NCBI GenBank assembly: GCA_016868855.1
Contig: VGFP01000002.1
Span: 223,210-287,209, forward strand
From: Bacteroidota bacterium
Lineage (GTDB): Bacteria; Bacteroidota; Bacteroidia; Chitinophagales; Chitinophagaceae
Length of the DNA: 64,000 bases
Direction of reading: 5' to 3'
How positions within the stretch are numbered: position 1 is the first letter of the stretch; each line of letters begins with the position of its first letter. The position numbers were made by a program, and so were the translations under genes. The notes below the pieces were generated by a model, which ran no database searches, was not told where the DNA came from, and saw only the letters and a program-made list of their open reading frames with translations. This document shows, in pieces, positions 59,352 to 64,000 of this stretch.

Positions 59352-60109
59352 TGTAGCTCTTTTTTGAAAAGCAAAGATACTAGAATATAGGTGATCAGAA
59401 TGACAAAGCCTGAAAGCCATCCCAGTAGCAGTACTGATACTAATGAGAGGATGATCAACAGGTATCTTGAAATATTTCCTTTCCAATGATAGTTTTTAAA
59501 TTTCAGGTTGATCAGTGGAATAGAGGAGACCATCAGAAAAGCGATGACACATGCAATTCCATAAAGCATCCACTTGTTGACCAGCATTGCTTGCAAGTTG
59601 AATAAGTTATAAAATGAAATCATCGGCAATGTAGCAATCAGGAGTCCGGCTGCAGGTGCAGGCAGTCCCTTGAAATGATGAAGGCTGGAACTGTCGATAT
59701 TGAATCTTGCCAATCTCCATGCTGCAGCAACTGGAAGGACAAGTGCTGGTAGAAAATACATGTTGGACTGGTCCATTCCGGACGGATCTGCTGCCATTGA
59801 AATTCTCAATAATTGATACACGATGGCACCGGGAGCAACTCCAAAGGAGACGACATCTGCGAGTGAATCGAGTTGTTTTCCCATTTCTGAATCAGCCTTC
59901 AACAGTCTCGCAATGAACCCATCAAAAAAATCTACTGTTGCGGCGAAAAAAATGCAAATCGCTGCCCATGTGATTTTCTCTGGAAAATAAATCTTCCATT
60001 CACCAGATTCCAGGTTCACAATCGTTTCACCTGTCTGGAGTGTGAAAACCAGGGCTGCACAACCAAAACAGAGATTCAGCAGGGTAAAAAGATTGGCCAG
60101 TTGTTTCAT
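59348..60109 (-). CDS. pssA: CDP-diacylglycerol--serine O-phosphatidyltransferase
   Basis: NLFTLLNL, DFFDGFIAR...GKQLDSLADVVSFGVAP, RLARFN, FKGLPAP. Confidence 0.85.
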   Translation of the reverse strand: MKQLANLFTLLNLCFGCAALVFTLQTGETIVNLESGEWKIYFPEKITWAAICIFFAATVDFFDGFIARLLKADSEMGKQLDSLADVVSFGVAPGAIVYQLLRISMAADPSGMDQSNMYFLPALVLPVAAAWRLARFNIDSSSLHHFKGLPAPAAGLLIATLPMISFYNLFNLQAMLVNKWMLYGIACVIAFLMVSSIPLINLKFKNYHWKGNISRYLLIILSLVSVLLLGWLSGFVILITYILVSLLFKKELQ

Positions 60110-61407
60110 CGTTTGACAGTAGATTTCATGAGTGCTTCTATGTCATCAGCCTCAATAGGAATGCTTGACATCAGATCTTTATTTCCCTTCTTGGTTATCC
60201 AAACATTGTTTTCAATGCGAACGCCCATCTGTTCTTCTTCGATATATATTCCTGGTTCAACGGTCAACACCATGCCTGGTTTGAGCGGTTCTGTCTTGGT
60301 GCCGAGATCATGAACATCTATTCCAAGATGATGAGAGATGCCATGGTAAAGATATTTTCTGTAAGCCCTGTTTTCGGGTGACTCATTCTTGATGTCTGAT
60401 TTTTTCAGCAATCCAATTTTTTGAAAAACAATGGTTGCTTCATCACCAACCATCTCATGGTATTTGAGTATGTTGATGCCAGGCTTGAGCAAGCTCTTTG
60501 CGTAATTGTGTAGATGGAGACAGGCATTGTAAACTGTTTTCTGTCTTCTTGTAAATTTTCCGTTTACAGGAACAGTTCTTGTCAAATCCGCACAATAGCC
60601 ACCATATTCTGCACCAAAGTCCATCAATACCAATTCACCATCTTTGCATTCTTGGTTGTTGGCGATGTAATGAAGTGTTCTGGCTCTGTCACCGCTTGCA
60701 ATGATCGAAGAGTATGCTGGTCCAGCTGATCCTTGCATCATAAAATCATGATAAATCTCCGCTTCGATATGATGCTCCCATCTGCCGGGCTTGATAAACT
60801 GCAACAATCGCCTGAATGTATGGTTGGTGATGTCGATTGCCTGTTGCAATACCGCAGCTTCGAGTGGAGATTTGATGGCTCTCAGTTCACGCATGATTTT
60901 TGCGGCTCTTTTGTATTGGTGCAATGGATACCTGTCTTGCATTTCCTTTGCAAAACGGTAATCTCTGACAGCCAGCAAATTGGCTTTTCTGTCATTCTCA
61001 TTGGTGTTGAGATAAATGGCATCAGCCAAATGAATCATTGGTTGCAACAACCCATCTAAAACATCCAACCATACAATGGTTTGGATTCCTGACATTGCAG
61101 TTGCTTCATGTGAACGATGTCTTTTCCCGTCCCATTTTTCCTTCAGTTCATTGGGTCTCACAAGCACAAGTACTTCTCTGTGTTTTTTATCCGGGTTATC
61201 GGGGTACAATATCAGCATGCTGTCCTCTTGGCGAATGCCGGTCAGCCAAAAAAGATCAGTATTTTGTTTGAATGGATACAATGCATCTCCATTGCTTGGA
61301 ATTTCATCATTGCTGTTGAAAATGGCAATGCTGTTTTTTTCCATCTGAGCAATAAATCTCTTTCTGTTGTCGATGAATATCTGTGTATTGATCTGAGCGG
61401 AATGCAT
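60106..61407 (-). CDS. pepP: Xaa-Pro aminopeptidase (M24B)
   Basis: LHY, MDFGAE, ADLTRT, HGISHHLGIDVHD, TVEPGIY, GVRIE. Confidence 0.92.
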   Translation of the reverse strand: MHSAQINTQIFIDNRKRFIAQMEKNSIAIFNSNDEIPSNGDALYPFKQNTDLFWLTGIRQEDSMLILYPDNPDKKHREVLVLVRPNELKEKWDGKRHRSHEATAMSGIQTIVWLDVLDGLLQPMIHLADAIYLNTNENDRKANLLAVRDYRFAKEMQDRYPLHQYKRAAKIMRELRAIKSPLEAAVLQQAIDITNHTFRRLLQFIKPGRWEHHIEAEIYHDFMMQGSAGPAYSSIIASGDRARTLHYIANNQECKDGELVLMDFGAEYGGYCADLTRTVPVNGKFTRRQKTVYNACLHLHNYAKSLLKPGINILKYHEMVGDEATIVFQKIGLLKKSDIKNESPENRAYRKYLYHGISHHLGIDVHDLGTKTEPLKPGMVLTVEPGIYIEEEQMGVRIENNVWITKKGNKDLMSSIPIEADDIEALMKSTVKR

Positions 61408-61420
61408 ATCTGGGTTTTGG

Positions 61421-61522
61421 GTTATCAGTTAACAGTTGACGGTTAACGGTTTTTATTCGTGGACTAAGTTAACTAAAAACGATTTTAAAACACATAACTG
61501 TCAACCGTCAACTGTGAACAGA
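61421..61522. repeat. inverted pair of short heptamer tandem arrays (unit about CRGTTRA)
   Basis: Arms 61425-61451 and 61496-61522 match 23/27 as reverse complements, with a perfect 13-bp core ACAGTTGACGGTT/AACCGTCAACTGT and a 44-nt spacer. Confidence 0.85.
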
Positions 61523-61526
61523 CATC

Positions 61527-62213
61527 TCACATCGCTCCCTCATCCGCAAAACTGTAGTACCCCTCATTGCTCACAATGATATGATCCAGCACGTTGATAT
61601 CGAAATATCTTGCTGCCTGCTTGATTTTTTCTGTAAGATCTTGATCGGCTTTGGAGGGGCGAAGATTTCCGGAAGGATGGTTGTGGCTAAGGATGATGCT
61701 GACGGCTTCCTCTTCCAGGGCTTTTTTCATGATGATTCTCGGATCTGCAACAGTTCCCGTCATTCATCTTGAACTGATGATTTCAAAATGTTTGATCTTA
61801 TTGGCCCGGTTCAGAAAGATGACTGCAAATACTTCATTGGGCAAGTCCATCATTTTGGTTCTTAAATAAGTAACAACCATTTTGCTGTCACGTATCACTT
61901 CCTCTGTCATTGCTTCATTTCCCATTCTTCTTCTTCCAATTTCCATTGCTGCCTGCAGGAGGGTGGCTTTGGCAATACCAATCCCCTTGGTCTTCATCAT
62001 TTCTTTGATGGAAAGTCTCGCCAATGCAGACAGTTTATGGTTGCATCTGCTCATCAATTCATGGGCTAAATCAAACGCGGATGATTCCTTGTTTCCCTGC
62101 TGAATCAAAATGGCCAGTAATTCCACCTCAGTCAAATGAGCCGCGGTTTTCATCCTCATTTTTTCTCTCGGTCTGTCTTCTTCTGGCCAATCTTTCAACC
62201 TTTTACTACTCAT
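61527..62213 (-). pseudogene. radC: RadC/JAB-domain gene interrupted by an in-frame TGA at 61764-61766
   Basis: N-terminal part DRPREK...ELLAILI...KGIGIAKA...EVFAVIFLN and C-terminal part MTGTVADPR...HNHPSG...SKAD...LDHIIV are in one frame, joined by SSR*MTGT. Confidence 0.85.
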
Positions 62214-62297
62214 TTTTACACATTTGATGGCAGGGTGACTGTATGTCCCCCAATCGGTCCTTAGTTTCTTTATCTTCGCGTCACTCAACTCTATTTT

Positions 62298-63257
62298 ATG
62301 CAACGCGTAGGTCCCTCCTGTAAAGTCTTCTCCGGAACCAGCTCTGAATATCTAGCAGCTAAAATTGCGGAAGCTGTGAACGGTACACCCGGTAAAATCA
62401 GCATCCAGCGATTCAGCGATGGAGAAATCCAGCCAGTTTTCCTCGAAAGTATCAGAGGGGATTATGTTTTCCTCGTGCAAAGCACCTTCGCTCCTGGAGA
62501 TAATCTACTCGAATTGCTGTTGATGATCGATGCAGCAAAACGTGCATCCGCCTATAAAATCATAGCAGTTTTGCCATATTTTGGGTATGCCCGCCAGGAT
62601 CGAAAGGACAAGCCCAGGGTCGCCATAGGATCAAAGCTGGTTGCCAATCTGCTCACTGCTGCTGGAGCTGACAGGGTCATTACGATGGATCTGCATGCTC
62701 CCCAAATCCAGGGCTACTTTGATATACCAGTAGATCACCTGGACAGCTCAGCCATTTTTATACCTTATATCTCCAATCTTCAGCTGGAAAACCTTACCTT
62801 TGCGGCCCCCGACGTGGGAAGTGCGTACAGAATCCGTGAAGTTGCCAGTTATTTCAACGTCGAAATGGTCATCTGTGACAAGCACAGAAAAAGGGCCAAT
62901 GAAATAGCTAGTATGGTTGTAATAGGCGACGTGGAGAACAGGGATGTGGTACTCATTGATGACATCTGTGATACTGCCGGGACCCTGACCAAGGCAGCCA
63001 AACTGTTGAAAGAAAAAGGTGCAAGAAGTGTTCGAGCCCTTTGTACACACCCGGTGTTGAGCGGCAATGCTTACGAAAACATCGAAAACAGCGTCCTGGA
63101 AGAATTGGTGGTTACGGATACCATTCCCGTAAAAAACGCTTCTTCTAAAATAAAGGTGCTGAGCGTGGCCAATCTTTTTGCATCTGCTATCAGAAATGCC
63201 TACGAAAACCAAAGCATCACCAGCCTTTTTATTCATTCACAACTGAAGAATAAATAG
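62298..63257 (+). CDS. prs: ribose-phosphate pyrophosphokinase
   Basis: FSDGE, PYFGYARQDRK, MDLHAPQIQGYF, PDVG, IDDICDTAGT; TATCTTCG at 62271-62278. Confidence 0.97.
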   Translation: MQRVGPSCKVFSGTSSEYLAAKIAEAVNGTPGKISIQRFSDGEIQPVFLESIRGDYVFLVQSTFAPGDNLLELLLMIDAAKRASAYKIIAVLPYFGYARQDRKDKPRVAIGSKLVANLLTAAGADRVITMDLHAPQIQGYFDIPVDHLDSSAIFIPYISNLQLENLTFAAPDVGSAYRIREVASYFNVEMVICDKHRKRANEIASMVVIGDVENRDVVLIDDICDTAGTLTKAAKLLKEKGARSVRALCTHPVLSGNAYENIENSVLEELVVTDTIPVKNASSKIKVLSVANLFASAIRNAYENQSITSLFIHSQLKNK

Positions 63258-63292
63258 CTGTTGCAAAGAAGTCAATTTTTAAACACAATACA

Positions 63293-63913
63293 ATGAAAAC
63301 GATTACAATCGAAGGACAATTGAGGACCGAAACTGGTAAATCAGCCACCCGCCAGTTGCGCTCTCAAGGCTTGGTACCTGGTGTAATTTATGGGGGTGCA
63401 CAAGAGGTGAACTTTACTGCAAAAGCTCTTGATCTCAAGCCTTTCATCTACACACCAGACTTCCAATTGATAGAAGTGAAAGTAGGAGGCAAATCTTACA
63501 CCTGCATTTTGAAAGATCTGCAACTTGATAAGGTGTCAGACATACTTGCACATGTGGATTTACTTGAATTGGTTGAGGGCAAGAAAGTGAACGCAACCAT
63601 TCCTCTTAAATTTACTGGAACCGCTGCTGGTGTAAAAGCCGGTGGTAAACTTGAAATCAGGCTCAAATCAGTCAAAGTAAAAACACTTCCAAAATTCCTC
63701 AAGGAAAATATTGAAGTAGACATTACGAACCTTGAATTGAATGAAAATATCCGGGTTCAAGACATCGCAACAGAAAATTATGAAATCTTGAATTCACCCA
63801 GAATTCCCATTGCATCAGTAACGTTGACTCGTCAACTGAAGCAGGAAGAAGCTGCTGCACCTGCTGCGGCCGCACCTGCTGCGGCCGCACCTGCAGCTGC
63901 TGCAAAGAAATAA
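63293..63913 (+). CDS. rplY: 50S ribosomal protein bL25/Ctc (long form)
   Basis: GKSATRQLR, VPGVIYG, HVDL, GVKAGG, Ala/Pro-rich tail; lies between prs and pth. Confidence 0.95.
   Translation: MKTITIEGQLRTETGKSATRQLRSQGLVPGVIYGGAQEVNFTAKALDLKPFIYTPDFQLIEVKVGGKSYTCILKDLQLDKVSDILAHVDLLELVEGKKVNATIPLKFTGTAAGVKAGGKLEIRLKSVKVKTLPKFLKENIEVDITNLELNENIRVQDIATENYEILNSPRIPIASVTLTRQLKQEEAAAPAAAAPAAAAPAAAAKK
63857..63901 (+). repeat. coding 15-bp tandem repeat (APAAA x3) in the rplY tail
   Basis: GCACCTGCTGCGGCC twice exactly, plus a degenerate third copy GCACCTGCAGCTGCT. Confidence 0.85.
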
Positions 63914-63935
63914 ATACAAAGGTTTTATCTTTACT

Positions 63936-63965
63936 GCCCCGTGATCTTGTCACGGGGCTTTTTTT
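63936..63965 (+). terminator. intrinsic terminator after rplY
   Basis: GCCCCGTGA-TCTTG-TCACGGGGC perfect 9-bp stem followed by T7. Confidence 0.9.
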
Positions 63966-64000
63966 ATGAACAAGTTTCTCATTGTTGGATTGGGTAATAT
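63966..64000 (+). CDS. pth: peptidyl-tRNA hydrolase (3'-truncated by window edge)
   Basis: MNKFLIVGLGN N-terminus and the conserved prs-rplY-pth order; not in the ORF track. Confidence 0.9.
   Translation, partial: MNKFLIVGLGN

Noticed and set aside
61421-61522. CRISPR array or IS terminal inverted repeats
   Set aside because: The units are 7 nt with no unique spacers, no cas or transposase gene is nearby, and I saw no target-site duplication. It is kept only as a repeat.
61764-61766. TGA recoded as Gly, Trp or Sec (alternative genetic code), suggested by the radC stop
   Set aside because: TGA ends many genes here at their expected C-termini (pepT, recN, trpS, folE, fabD, lysA), no other gene has an internal TGA, and the position is not a catalytic Cys.

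Overview
A very gene-dense stretch of Bacteroidota core chromosome, most likely Chitinophagaceae-like. That assignment is an inference from TAnnTTTG -7 promoters, no obvious Shine-Dalgarno sites, SprA/T9SS genes, and DUF2795, DUF3467 and Lnb-type genes. It holds about 68 CDS, mostly housekeeping: fmt (partial), pepT, exbBD, prmC, grpE-dnaJ, recN, fabI/D/H, trpS, futalosine genes (mqnB, mqnD, a UbiA/MqnP-like prenyltransferase), two tandem PTPS genes plus folE, folD-queE, dprA, guaB, sprA, ruvA, an isolated atpG, scpB, lysA, a short glgP, def, ruvX, an AmgK-like kinase fused to a RapZ C-terminal domain plus a MurU-like gene, purS, prs, rplY and pth (partial). I saw no tRNA, rRNA, CRISPR array, integrase or transposase. 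The main points for follow-up are: (1) the glucan phosphorylase has Thr in place of the PLP Schiff-base Lys; (2) a ComEA-type HhH/beta-barrel protein and a second barrel form a candidate pilus-independent DNA-uptake pair; (3) 7 of 12 convergent gene pairs abut with exactly zero spacer, always as TRATCA; (4) eight genes have the -7 box exactly 4 nt before the ATG, suggesting leaderless mRNAs; (5) radC is interrupted by an in-frame TGA and is followed by a heptamer-based inverted repeat; (6) one T9SS CTD protein has almost no cargo. All product calls come from motif recognition by eye; no database searches were run.
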